Source: an uncultured bacterium (GTDB taxonomy: Bacteria; Patescibacteriota; Minisyncoccia; Minisyncoccales; UBA10102). From it: DNA of 64,000 nucleotides. The stretch spans positions 6,868 to 70,867 of the forward strand of contig CAJXJI010000001.1 in NCBI GenBank assembly GCA_913054235.1, given 5' to 3'. Every line of letters begins with the position of its first letter. The first letter of the stretch is position 1. Shown here in pieces: positions 9,406 through 18,695 of the stretch. The position numbers and the translations under genes were made by a program. The notes below the pieces were generated by a model, which saw nothing but the letters and a program-made list of their open reading frames with translations, was not told where the DNA came from and did not search any database.

Positions 9406-10731
9406 TTAGCGAAAGAGCCATAAAACTTTTGAAATCTTTGTTTCTACAAATAGTCGTAACATGCTCTTGGTAATAAAAATGGCAGAAAACAAGCTCACTA
9501 AAATTCCCAAAGACAAGGTTAGGGCAAATCCCTTTACAAAAGAGCTCCCAAACCAAAAGAGGATTAATGCCACAGCCAAGGTGGTGATGTTGCCATCTCG
9601 AATAGCAGGCCATGCTCGAGAAAATCCTTCCTCCAAGGCCGAGCCAAAACTCTTTCCTTCACGAAGCTCCTCTCGTATGCGAGCAAAGATAAGAATGTTT
9701 GCATCCACCGCAATACCCAAAGAAAGAATACCTCCTGCTATTCCAGCTAAGGTTAACGTAATAGGAATAAGTTTGAATAAAGAGAGAAGAAACAGAGCAT
9801 ACAAAATCAAAGCAATACCAGCAATAATACCTGGAATGCGATACACCAAAACCATAAACAAAAGAACTAAGGCTAAGCCTGCTAAGGCTGCAACTAGACT
9901 TTTTTGCAAGGATTCCTGACCCAGGGTTGCTCCTATGCTCTGCTGACTCAATAGAGTTATAGGGACTGGCAGTGCTCCAGCATTTAACTCCCGGGAAATA
10001 CGCTGCGCTTCCTTAACGCTAAAGCCTCCGGTAATTTGAGCTCTTCCCCCAGAAATAACGCTTTGTACTGTGGGAGCCTGTAATAAAGTTCCATCCAAAA
10101 AGATAGCTAGAGGCAACCCAATATTCTCTTTGGTAAGTTCTTCAAACAATAAAGAGCCTTCTTTATCAAACTGCAGGATGATAAGAGGTTCTTGGGTTAC
10201 ATTATCAAGCCCAATCTCTGCTCGCGCAAGATATCTTCCAGTTAATAGGGTTGGTTCAAACGGACTTTCAAATTCTCCTTCTCCTCTTTCCTCTACTACC
10301 TGATTATTTGTAAAAATATCAAGATAATTGTCCTTGTATTCTCTAAACTCCAAATACGGTGTCTGTCCTATTAATGCAATAGCTTGACTTGGGTTTTGAA
10401 TGCCAGCCAGCTCCACAATAAGGCGCCTTGACTCTTCTTCCCCTTGTAATTGAATAATAGGCTCTGCTACTCCAAAAAAGTTCACTCTACGCTCAATTAC
10501 GTCCCGCAGTCCTTGCATGGCACTATCCCGATCGTATTTAGGAATAGTTTCCAAGTCAGCTTCATATACCAAATGGAGCCCTCCTTGCAAATCAAGTCCC
10601 AACTTAAAAGGCGTGTTCCCTATACCAGGAATCTTAACATACTGAGGAAATACAAAAGAAGCAGCTAGTGCTCCCCCCAAAAATACAAAGAAAAGTATCA
10701 ATAATGCCTTCTTCTTTGGTGTCATAACCAT
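9406..10731 (-). CDS. secD: protein translocase subunit SecD
   Basis: LGLDLQGG, GALPVP, GIAVDANILIF.RIREE. Confidence 0.95.
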   Translation of the reverse strand: MVMTPKKKALLILFFVFLGGALAASFVFPQYVKIPGIGNTPFKLGLDLQGGLHLVYEADLETIPKYDRDSAMQGLRDVIERRVNFFGVAEPIIQLQGEEESRRLIVELAGIQNPSQAIALIGQTPYLEFREYKDNYLDIFTNNQVVEERGEGEFESPFEPTLLTGRYLARAEIGLDNVTQEPLIILQFDKEGSLLFEELTKENIGLPLAIFLDGTLLQAPTVQSVISGGRAQITGGFSVKEAQRISRELNAGALPVPITLLSQQSIGATLGQESLQKSLVAALAGLALVLLFMVLVYRIPGIIAGIALILYALFLLSLFKLIPITLTLAGIAGGILSLGIAVDANILIFARIREELREGKSFGSALEEGFSRAWPAIRDGNITTLAVALILFWFGSSFVKGFALTLSLGILVSLFSAIFITKSMLRLFVETKISKVLWLFR

Positions 10732-10786
10732 CTCATACTAGCACCCAAGGTCCTCTGGGTAAACCCCTTTCTTCTTTTCTCTCAAC

Positions 10787-11434
10787 CTATCCTAAGCCAG
10801 CTAACAGTGCAGCTACTATTCCCACAAGGAATATACCGTCAAACACTCCGGCTCCTCCAATAGACATTAATCCTACCGTACCTTTCATTACTTGGGGCAA
10901 GCGCAAAAGATCAGCTCCAATTAAAACTCCCAAAGTTCCTGCAATAAAGGCAACCAAAGCCGCATCTTGTGGCGCTAAAAGAAAAGCAAAGAGCGCAGCA
11001 AACAAAGGCGGAATAAGAACAGGCACAACGATTCCTTTGCCAGGAACCACGCGTGAAAGCTTCCAGGTAATCAATGTCATAAGGAAAACCGCAATAAAAG
11101 TTTCCTCTAAAGGCACGCGAAACAACAAGAATCCCACGATAAGTAAAGGAATAAGCGCACCTCCAACATTAAGCGAAAGACCTTGCGCTAAAAGTCGCTG
11201 TCTCTTAAATAATCCAAAAAAATGCGATTGTGTAACTTCAATTAATTTTCTCCTTCCCAGAGGAATATTCACAAAAGAACCCACAAACATTGAAAATAAT
11301 GTTAGGAGCACCAGTTCTGGCGGAAATCCAAGATTTTCAAATCCAGCTTGTATTATCTGGAAGAACCCAAAAACAAGCAGCACTGGAATCGCAAGAATGA
11401 TAAGGATAATAAAAAGAATTGGAGCAAATATCAT
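10787..11434 (-). CDS. DUF1614-family membrane protein
   Basis: GS.VNIP, NVGGALIP, GTLGVLIGADLL, SIGGAGVFDGI. Confidence 0.85.
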   Translation of the reverse strand: MIFAPILFIILIILAIPVLLVFGFFQIIQAGFENLGFPPELVLLTLFSMFVGSFVNIPLGRRKLIEVTQSHFFGLFKRQRLLAQGLSLNVGGALIPLLIVGFLLFRVPLEETFIAVFLMTLITWKLSRVVPGKGIVVPVLIPPLFAALFAFLLAPQDAALVAFIAGTLGVLIGADLLRLPQVMKGTVGLMSIGGAGVFDGIFLVGIVAALLAGLG

Positions 11435-11453
11435 TTTTTCATTTTATCTCTCT

Positions 11454-11753
11454 TTATAAAATTAAGGAATCAACTTCTTTGAGTGTATGGTCAAGGAGAG
11501 TATCTTGGTCTTGAAAGAAAAATCGCCCATGCAAGGTTTTTCCTTCAAGAAACAATGGAAGCCAATACCTATCATCTGGCCACATGTGATCAAAAGGAAG
11601 TTCTTTTTGAGAAAACCACTGTGGTTTCATTTCTTCTGTTTCTTGTATCTTACCTTCAAAAGAAGAGATATAGAATACATGGACTTCAAGATATTCAAAA
11701 TTATCTTTAAAATGAAACTCGAAAAGTGCTTTCTTTTCAAAATAAACTAACTC
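11454..11753 (-). pseudogene. 3' half of an MTH1/NUDT1-like 8-oxo-dGTPase (NUDIX), N-terminus missing
   Basis: Manual translation ...LEVHVF...ETEEMKPQWF.QKELPFDHMWPDDRYWLPLFLEGK..HGRFFF..; the frame begins after an in-frame TAA inside the secA 3' end, with no Nudix box and no upstream start. Confidence 0.75.
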
Positions 11754-14200
11754 TTATGAGATGATGAACCAATTAACCCGCATCGTTTCCATTTGAGGCC
11801 ACTACCACAAGGACAAGGATCATTTCTTCCAACTTCTTTGTGTTGTGAGTTCTGTTGAACTTGCCTTGGCACGTGTTTGTGTTTATGCTCATGAACCTCA
11901 GAAACATTCAGCAAAGCATTTGCAATCGTACCTTCTAGATTATCCATAAAAGACTGAAACATTTTTCTCCCCTCATTCTTATATTCAATTAAAGGGTCTT
12001 GCTGGCCATATGCTCTCAAGCGTACAGAATCTCTTAAAGATTCCATATTTTCCAAATGCTCAACCCACAAAGAATCCAACACACGCAAAACAACAATCTT
12101 TTCTGCTTGGCGCATATTCTCCTCTCCCAATTCCTTTTCTTTTTCCACATATTGTTCCCTGCTTTTCCCCATCTTCTCCACAACTTTCTCAACATACTCT
12201 TTTAAAGTTCCTTTTTGCCCCATCTCTAAAAATTCCTCTCTTTTTCGATATACAGCCTCTCGATGCTTATTTAATACATCGTCATACTCAAGTAAGTGTT
12301 TTCTTGCATCAAAGTTAAACCCCTCAATCTTGCTTTGAGCTGATTCTATGGTTCCCGATATCATCTTGGATTCAATAGCTTCCTCTTTTGGCAAACGAAG
12401 CTTCTCCATCATTTTTTGAATACGCTCTCCTCCAAAAATACGAATAAGATCATCTTCCAAGGAAACAAAAAATTGGGTAGATCCTGGGTCTCCTTGGCGA
12501 CCCGAGCGTCCTCTCAACTGATTATCAATTCTTCGCGCTTCATGACGCTCACTGCCAATAACATGGAGCCCTCCCACGTTTTTAACTTCTTTTGCTTCCT
12601 TTGCGTCCAATGGATTCCCTCCCAAAACAATATCTACTCCGCGGCCCGCCATGTTTGTTGCAATGGTCACAGCTCCTTTTCTTCCGGCTTGTGCAATAAT
12701 AGCAGCTTCTCTCTCATGATTTTTTGCATTGAGCATTTCATGCGTAACTCCTTGTCGCTCCAAAAGTTTACCTAAGTATTCATTCTTTTGAATGGAGCCT
12801 GTACCAACAAGCACGGGCTGTCCTTTTTCTTGTCGCTCTTTTATCTCCTCTATAATTGCATTGAACTTTGCTTCTTGTGATTGATATACTTTATCCGGCA
12901 TATCTTCTCGCATCATTGGCTTGTTGGTAGGAACAGGGATCACTTCAATACCATATACTCGAGAAAACTCTTCTGCTGAGGTCAGCGCAGTTCCTGTCAT
13001 TCCAGCTAGCTTTTTATACATGCGAAAATAGTTCTGAAAAGTAATGGAGGCTAGCGTGACAGATTCTGGCTGCACCTGAACATTTTCCTTTGCTTCCAAG
13101 GCTTGATGTAATCCACCAGAATACCTTCTTCCAGGAAGTAGTCTTCCGGTGAATTCATCTACAATAACAACATTTCCATCCCGAACCACATAATCTTTAT
13201 CCCGCTCAAATATAATTTCTGCTTTTAAAGCTTGCTCCAGGTGGTGCAGAAACTTAATTCCTCGCTCCTGATAAATATCCTTAACTCCCATTAACCGCTC
13301 TATTTTGTTAATGCCGTCTTCCGTTAGGGTTACTGCTTTTAATTTTTCGTCTAACTCATAATCCTCTTCTTTTTTAAGCTGTGGAATGAGCCCTGCAAAC
13401 TCTTTGTACCAAGAAGAGCTTTCCTGGTCTGGCGCAGAAATAATCAATGGAGTTCTTGCTTCGTCAACTAAAACTGAGTCTACTTCATCAATAATGGCAT
13501 AGTTATGGCCTCGCTGAACTCTTCCCTCCAGTACTTGAGCCATATTATCTCGTAAATAATCAAAGCCAAACTCATTATTGGTGCCATAGGTAATATCCGC
13601 AAGATACGCCTCCTTGCGCGTAACAGGGCGAAGATAGGCTTCCTCTACCTGAAAGGAGCCCAGGGTATCTCGCTCCTCGTCCTTGTCCTCCTCTTTTGCA
13701 AAAGAAGGGTCATATATATAGGAAGCGTCGTGGATAATACAAGAAACAGACAAGCCTAAAGCATAATAAATCTGACCCATCCACACAGCATCTCTCTTTG
13801 CCAAATAGTCGTTTACCGTAATAACATGCACGCCTTTTCCTTCAAGAGCATTAAGATACACAGGAAGCGTTGCACAAAGCGTCTTTCCTTCTCCAGTCTT
13901 CATCTCAGCAATCTTCCCTTCATGTAAAACCATGCCCCCTAAAAGCTGTACATCAAAATGACGCTGTTCAAGGGTGCGCCTGGCTACCTCTCTTACATAC
14001 GCAAAAGCCTCAGGAAGAATATCCTCCAAGCTATCTCCCTTTGCGAGACGTTCTTTAAACTCCTTGGTCTCTTTTGTAAAATCCTCATCTGTAAGCTCTT
14101 TTGCCTCTTTTTCAAGCTCATTGATTTCTTTTGTCTGAGGACCAAGTTTCGCTATATATTTTTCACTATCTCCTTTAAAAAATTTATCAAGAATCTTCAT
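11747..14200 (-). CDS. secA: preprotein translocase ATPase SecA
   Basis: MKTGEGKT, DEVD, ATNMAGRG, RSGRQGDPG, C-terminal GRNDPCPCGSG. Confidence 0.98.
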   Translation of the reverse strand: MKILDKFFKGDSEKYIAKLGPQTKEINELEKEAKELTDEDFTKETKEFKERLAKGDSLEDILPEAFAYVREVARRTLEQRHFDVQLLGGMVLHEGKIAEMKTGEGKTLCATLPVYLNALEGKGVHVITVNDYLAKRDAVWMGQIYYALGLSVSCIIHDASYIYDPSFAKEEDKDEERDTLGSFQVEEAYLRPVTRKEAYLADITYGTNNEFGFDYLRDNMAQVLEGRVQRGHNYAIIDEVDSVLVDEARTPLIISAPDQESSSWYKEFAGLIPQLKKEEDYELDEKLKAVTLTEDGINKIERLMGVKDIYQERGIKFLHHLEQALKAEIIFERDKDYVVRDGNVVIVDEFTGRLLPGRRYSGGLHQALEAKENVQVQPESVTLASITFQNYFRMYKKLAGMTGTALTSAEEFSRVYGIEVIPVPTNKPMMREDMPDKVYQSQEAKFNAIIEEIKERQEKGQPVLVGTGSIQKNEYLGKLLERQGVTHEMLNAKNHEREAAIIAQAGRKGAVTIATNMAGRGVDIVLGGNPLDAKEAKEVKNVGGLHVIGSERHEARRIDNQLRGRSGRQGDPGSTQFFVSLEDDLIRIFGGERIQKMMEKLRLPKEEAIESKMISGTIESAQSKIEGFNFDARKHLLEYDDVLNKHREAVYRKREEFLEMGQKGTLKEYVEKVVEKMGKSREQYVEKEKELGEENMRQAEKIVVLRVLDSLWVEHLENMESLRDSVRLRAYGQQDPLIEYKNEGRKMFQSFMDNLEGTIANALLNVSEVHEHKHKHVPRQVQQNSQHKEVGRNDPCPCGSGLKWKRCGLIGSSSHKS

Positions 14201-14251
14201 ACTAGCTATTATTGCTTAAAATAGAGCGTTTGTAAAAAAAGGAGTCGTTAG

Positions 14252-15121
14252 CTATTTTGCCAAGAAATCTTTTATATACCTTGGTAAAACAGCTGAAGCG
14301 GCAGCAATGTCTGGGAACCAATATTTCAAATTCATTTTTTTTGCCTTCTTAAATTTACTTTTTAAAGCACTATAAGATACATTTAAAAAATCAGAATCTG
14401 AAGCCATAGTAAAGGTAAACAATCCCTCTTGATACGATGGAACTACTGCAGCGCGAACACTCACAAAGCGAAAGATACTTTCCAATCGCTTTTTAATAAG
14501 TGCTACAAGCTTTGGTTGGCAACTTAAGGAACCTGACTGCACGGAAATAATCCCCCCCTTCTTAAGAATCTTTTTTACATCGTAATAAAACTTCTTTGAG
14601 ATAAGGTCTTGTGCTGGTCCTCCAGGATCTGAAAGATCCATGATAATAATATCAAACAATCCCTTATATTCTTGAACAAATTTCTTCCCATCTTCAATAA
14701 CAAGATGGGTTCTTTTATCATAAAACGCATTCTTTGATATAGAAGGAAGGTATTTTCTTGCAATATCAATCGCTTTTTTATCTATCTCAACCATCCAAAC
14801 TTCCCTTACTGATGTATGCTTTAATACTTCCTCTAGTGCGCCTCCATCAGCTCCACCAATAATCAAAACACTCTTGGGAGAAGAATGCAGGAATAAAGGT
14901 GCCTGGCAAAGCATTTCATGGTAAATAAACTCATCCTTTGGTGTTGTTTGTAAAATGCCATCTAAAAATAATGCTCTTCCATAAAACTCCAAGTCAAGCA
15001 CATCAATTTCCTGATATGCAGATTTCCCGGAATACAGTTTCTTTTTTACCTCATACCCAATCACCACCTTTGTTTCATCAAAAGGAACTTCGTCTACAAA
15101 TACAATATTGCGTTTCTTCAT
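14252..15121 (-). CDS. speE: polyamine aminopropyltransferase (spermidine synthase family), copy 2
   Basis: KSAYQEI, LFLDGILQ, DEFIYHEML, IIGGADGG, VEID, MDLSDP. Confidence 0.9.
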   Translation of the reverse strand: MKKRNIVFVDEVPFDETKVVIGYEVKKKLYSGKSAYQEIDVLDLEFYGRALFLDGILQTTPKDEFIYHEMLCQAPLFLHSSPKSVLIIGGADGGALEEVLKHTSVREVWMVEIDKKAIDIARKYLPSISKNAFYDKRTHLVIEDGKKFVQEYKGLFDIIIMDLSDPGGPAQDLISKKFYYDVKKILKKGGIISVQSGSLSCQPKLVALIKKRLESIFRFVSVRAAVVPSYQEGLFTFTMASDSDFLNVSYSALKSKFKKAKKMNLKYWFPDIAAASAVLPRYIKDFLAK

Positions 15122-15122
15122 A

Positions 15123-15971
15123 CTATTTTTTAACCAAGCTTAGTATCTCAAACAAAGCTCTTGTAGTTAAAAACTCTGTTATCTGGTTTCCCTTTATGGG
15201 TTTTAAGCAACAAACATCAAAACCTACAATATTGCCTGCTATAGCATGCATTAAATTCTTAAATTGAGAAAAGTATATTCCGTCTGGCTCTGGCTGATGT
15301 ACTGCTGGCGCAATACTTGGATCAAAAACATCTACATCAAGAGTAATGTACACATCTTCGTTTTGCGTAAATTCTTCAATAACCTTACTTACTGCTTCCT
15401 TATTTTCCTGGATATCCTGTGCGCTAACATATGTAATGCCACTCTCTTCAATAAACTTCAATTCTTTTGCATCACATGATCTCACTCCTACTAAAAGAAT
15501 GTTCTTTGGATCTATGATTTCGCTTAATCTTCTAAGCCATGTTGCTCCATTTACCCTTGCATCAAACTCGCCATTCCATGAAGTACTTAGGTCCACAATA
15601 TTATCGTCTTCATACTCATCTTTTAAATCACAGTGGGCATCAAAACTTATCACTTTAATATCCTTTTTAAAAGCTGGGATAGTAAAGAGCGATGGATGGT
15701 CCCCCGCAATCGCAACCGGTATTTTATTATTCTCTACAATGAGGCGAGTATACTTTGTGATATCTTCATTGTTTTTAGGCTTTAAATCCCCGGCATCTAC
15801 AACTCGCACGCCTTCAAGTAATTCCTTTTTACTTTCAATATCAAAATCCTCCATGTACACAGGAGTTTGACGCAGTGCCTTTGCGCCATCAGAAAATCGC
15901 TTTCCGATAGGCACGCCAAAGAAAACAACATTTGCTTCTTTAAAACTATACGGTGAATTCAAAAACTTCAT
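15123..15971 (-). CDS. speB: agmatinase/arginase-family ureohydrolase
   Basis: GDH, FDAHCD, LDVDVFDPSIAPAV..PEPDG metal-binding motifs; operon context. Confidence 0.85.
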   Translation of the reverse strand: MKFLNSPYSFKEANVVFFGVPIGKRFSDGAKALRQTPVYMEDFDIESKKELLEGVRVVDAGDLKPKNNEDITKYTRLIVENNKIPVAIAGDHPSLFTIPAFKKDIKVISFDAHCDLKDEYEDDNIVDLSTSWNGEFDARVNGATWLRRLSEIIDPKNILLVGVRSCDAKELKFIEESGITYVSAQDIQENKEAVSKVIEEFTQNEDVYITLDVDVFDPSIAPAVHQPEPDGIYFSQFKNLMHAIAGNIVGFDVCCLKPIKGNQITEFLTTRALFEILSLVKK

Positions 15972-15989
15972 AGAAAATTAAAAGGAACT

Positions 15990-16853
15990 TTACTTAAAGG
16001 AAGGAGGGAAAACACTTGAGGCAAGATGCATTGCTGGAGAATAGTATAAGGTAGAAATCTTTCTTTGCTTATATCTTTTTTCAAGAACAGTTTTTGTTAT
16101 ATTTTTAAGATTCACTTTTAAAGATGCAACAGGAAAAGAATGCTCATCTCGAGGAAAGCTCCCAACAAAAGCGCGGTGTAATTCATAGAAAGGAAATACT
16201 TTTTTCATAACAATTCGTGCTTTCATTCCAAAGGTATCAGAAATATATCCGGTCTGCGCAGAAAAAATGCCGTCTTTGGTAAGAGCATTTTTGACAGCAC
16301 GCAAAAACTTCTCTTCAAAAAGTTTTGCTGCCATGATTCCATCTGGATCGTTGGAATCAAGAATTATACAATCAAAATAGTTTTTATACTTCAAAATAAA
16401 CTCGATTCCATCAGTTACCACAATCTTACTTCTCTTATCTTGAAAAGCTGAACGACATAATGTGGGAAGATATTTTTTTGCAACCTGAATCACTTTCTCA
16501 TCAATCTCAACTAAAAACGCTTCTTTTACAGGGTGCTTTAGTACTTCACGTAACGCTCCTCCATCTCCACCACCAATAATGAGGACTCGCTTAGGAGAAG
16601 GATGGTTCATTAATGCAGGGTGCACCAGCATTTCATGGTACACAGCTTCGTCTTTTGTGGAAAGCTGCACTAATCCATCAAGAAAAAACATTCTGCCATA
16701 CCCCTGCGTGTCAAAAATATCTATACTTTGATACTTACTCTTTCCCGTATATATCTTTTTTTTTATTGCAAAACCTGCAAGAAATACTTCTTTTTCTCCA
16801 GGAAGACATCCTTCAATCGCCCAGGTCTTTTTTAGAATTGAAATCTTTCTCAT
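15990..16853 (-). CDS. speE: polyamine aminopropyltransferase (spermidine synthase family), copy 1
   Basis: KSKYQSI, FLDGLVQ, DEAVYHEMLVH, IIGGGDGG, LDSNDP. Confidence 0.9.
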   Translation of the reverse strand: MRKISILKKTWAIEGCLPGEKEVFLAGFAIKKKIYTGKSKYQSIDIFDTQGYGRMFFLDGLVQLSTKDEAVYHEMLVHPALMNHPSPKRVLIIGGGDGGALREVLKHPVKEAFLVEIDEKVIQVAKKYLPTLCRSAFQDKRSKIVVTDGIEFILKYKNYFDCIILDSNDPDGIMAAKLFEEKFLRAVKNALTKDGIFSAQTGYISDTFGMKARIVMKKVFPFYELHRAFVGSFPRDEHSFPVASLKVNLKNITKTVLEKRYKQRKISTLYYSPAMHLASSVFPPSFK

Positions 16854-17266
16854 GTTGTATTGTCTTCTACCACACCTCTTTTTATTTCCTTTACATCCAT
16901 TTTCTTTGGCTCCAAGTAATCCTCAAAAAACTTCAATGCTTTTTGGGGTCGAGCTTTTTTTCCACACGTAAAGATATCTATTGCAATGTATCCTATTTCA
17001 GGCCATGTATGCACAGCAATATGGGACTCTGCAAGCAAAATAACCCCAGTAATACCACGAGGTTTAAACTTATAAATAGAAAGTTGTAATGGATTGCTAT
17101 TTGCAGCCTTTGCGGCGCCTCGCAAAAGTGTCTCTAGTTCTTTTTTGTTTTTAATAACTTTACCATTCCAAAAGTCGGCTACCATGTGGGTGCCTGCATA
17201 CGCAAACTTGGGAACTATTGTATTGATAGAATTGGTCCATTGCGGAACCCTCTTTGTGTGCTGCAT
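16850..17266 (-). CDS. speD: S-adenosylmethionine decarboxylase proenzyme (class 1b)
   Basis: GTH...DF, GITGVILLAESHIAVHTWPE autocleavage motif, DIFTCG. Confidence 0.92.
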   Translation of the reverse strand: MQHTKRVPQWTNSINTIVPKFAYAGTHMVADFWNGKVIKNKKELETLLRGAAKAANSNPLQLSIYKFKPRGITGVILLAESHIAVHTWPEIGYIAIDIFTCGKKARPQKALKFFEDYLEPKKMDVKEIKRGVVEDNTT

Positions 17267-17281
17267 AGAGCATATGTATTC

Positions 17282-17401
17282 AATCGCTTACCCGGCACAA
17301 TTACCAGGCCCCAACACAAGACATGTCCTGCGTGAGTGCCCTCTGACGAGGGCAATCTTTCCTGTCTTAAACAGAAAAGAAAAAAGAGGAAAAAAGCGAT
17401 T
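17282..17401 (-). ncRNA. candidate structured cis-regulatory leader RNA of the spe operon
   Basis: Closing stem AAUCGCUU/AAGCGAUU enclosing four hairpins whose G-U pairs work only on the minus strand; lies between promoter and speD ATG. Confidence 0.6.
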
Positions 17402-17426
17402 AAAGATTAATTATTACTTCAAAAGT

Positions 17427-17455
17427 ATCTTAGCACATATTGTCAACATGCGCAA
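17427..17455 (-). promoter_or_regulatory. sigma-70 promoter of spe operon
   Basis: TTGCGC-17bp-TAAGAT with TG extension; a TTGACA also lies inside the spacer. Confidence 0.55.
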
Positions 17456-17460
17456 GGGTT

Positions 17461-17488
17461 AAAAAGCCCGCCCCAGAGTTGGGGCGGG
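17461..17488 (-). terminator. intrinsic terminator of the histone-like peptide gene
   Basis: CCCGCCCCA-actc-TGGGGCGGG followed by CTTTTT on minus strand. Confidence 0.85.
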
Positions 17489-17501
17489 AAGAAATTGGAG
17501 A

Positions 17502-17615
17502 CTACCTCTTTTTCTTTCTTTTTGCTGCTTTCTTCTTCTTTGGAGCAGCTTTCTTTTTCTTTGGGGCTGCTTTCTTTTTAGGAGCAGCTTTCTTTCTTTT
17601 TTTCTTTGCTGGCAT
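17502..17615 (-). CDS. 37-aa Lys/Ala/Pro-rich histone H1-like peptide
   Basis: Manual translation MPAKKKRKKAAPKKKAAPKKKKAAPKKKKAAKRKKKR*; synonymous variation between KKAAP repeats; own terminator. Confidence 0.85.
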   Translation of the reverse strand: MPAKKKRKKAAPKKKAAPKKKKAAPKKKKAAKRKKKR

Positions 17616-17756
17616 AGTATGTATCAAATATTTTAAAGTCTACTTAGGATGGCTCGACTTTTTAATTGTACCATCACAACGCTATTACTTTATTTTTCCA
17701 TTCCAAACGCATACTGTCAACCCTTTTTTACATATTTTTCCACACGAACAAAAAAA

Positions 17757-18695
17757 TCATTCAACAAATTGTATTTCTTGTTCCAAATTAATAGAAAATT
17801 TCTTTTTAATAATATTTTTTACCTTTTTTGCAATATGTAATACATCTTTTGCTGTTGCTCCTCCCTTGTTTACTATATAGTTTGGATGTTTCTTTGATAC
17901 TTGTGCTTTCCCCACACGTAATCCTTTTAATTTTGCTTGTGAAATTAAATATGCGGTTGGTACAACAGGAAAAGGATCTACTTTTATTACATCTTGAAGT
18001 TCCTCCTGGAGTTTTTTTGAAAACTTTTTGACATCACAATTCTTAAACACACTTCCGGCGTTAGGATACTCTAGAGGATGGCGCTCCTTTCTATATTCTC
18101 TATGATCTTTTGCTGTGGCTTGAATAATTCTCTTGTTTCCCTTTTCTAATTTAAAAATACAAGAAAGTACAATTAAATTATTTTTCTTAATTAAAGAATC
18201 TCGATAAGAAAACTTACATTGCTTTTGAATAAGCGTTACTATATTCCCTTTTGCATTTAACACTCTAATTGAAACAATACTGTCTTTAATTTCTCCACCA
18301 AAGGCTCCTGCATTTCCTCGCACAGCTCCTCCAACAGAACCTGGTAAACCACCTGCCCACTGAAGCCCGCTTAATCCTTTTGAACCTGTTTTTTTAACCA
18401 ACGTTTCCATAGATACTCCAGCATCAGCATGCACGTTAGTCTTTGATATTGTATATGCAGTATTTTGCACTTTAATAACTAATCCATTAAATCCTTTGTC
18501 TGAAACAAGTACATTGCTTCCTCCTGCCAAAACAAAAAACGGTAGCTTTAAACTCTTAGCTTGAGCTACCGCGTCAACAATATCTTTTGTGGATCGGGCG
18601 ATATAAAAGTACTTTGCTGTCCCGCCGATCTTAAAGGTGGTATATGGAGCAAGAGAAACATTTCTTCTTGTTCCTAAAGGAAGTGCTATATCCAT
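17757..18695 (-). CDS. murB: UDP-N-acetylenolpyruvoylglucosamine reductase
   Basis: TTFKIGG.A, GGSNVL, PGSVGGAVRGNAGAFG, FSYRDS, NAGSVFKN, LEQE; start trimmed to MDIAL. Confidence 0.95.
   Translation of the reverse strand: MDIALPLGTRRNVSLAPYTTFKIGGTAKYFYIARSTKDIVDAVAQAKSLKLPFFVLAGGSNVLVSDKGFNGLVIKVQNTAYTISKTNVHADAGVSMETLVKKTGSKGLSGLQWAGGLPGSVGGAVRGNAGAFGGEIKDSIVSIRVLNAKGNIVTLIQKQCKFSYRDSLIKKNNLIVLSCIFKLEKGNKRIIQATAKDHREYRKERHPLEYPNAGSVFKNCDVKKFSKKLQEELQDVIKVDPFPVVPTAYLISQAKLKGLRVGKAQVSKKHPNYIVNKGGATAKDVLHIAKKVKNIIKKKFSINLEQEIQFVE

Noticed and set aside
11483-11750. Two plus-strand ORFs (75 and 87 aa)
   Set aside because: Shadow frames of the minus-strand NUDIX remnant
17440-17880. 146-aa plus-strand ORF with FFFGAAFF repeats
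   Set aside because: Antisense reading of the Lys-rich histone-like peptide gene
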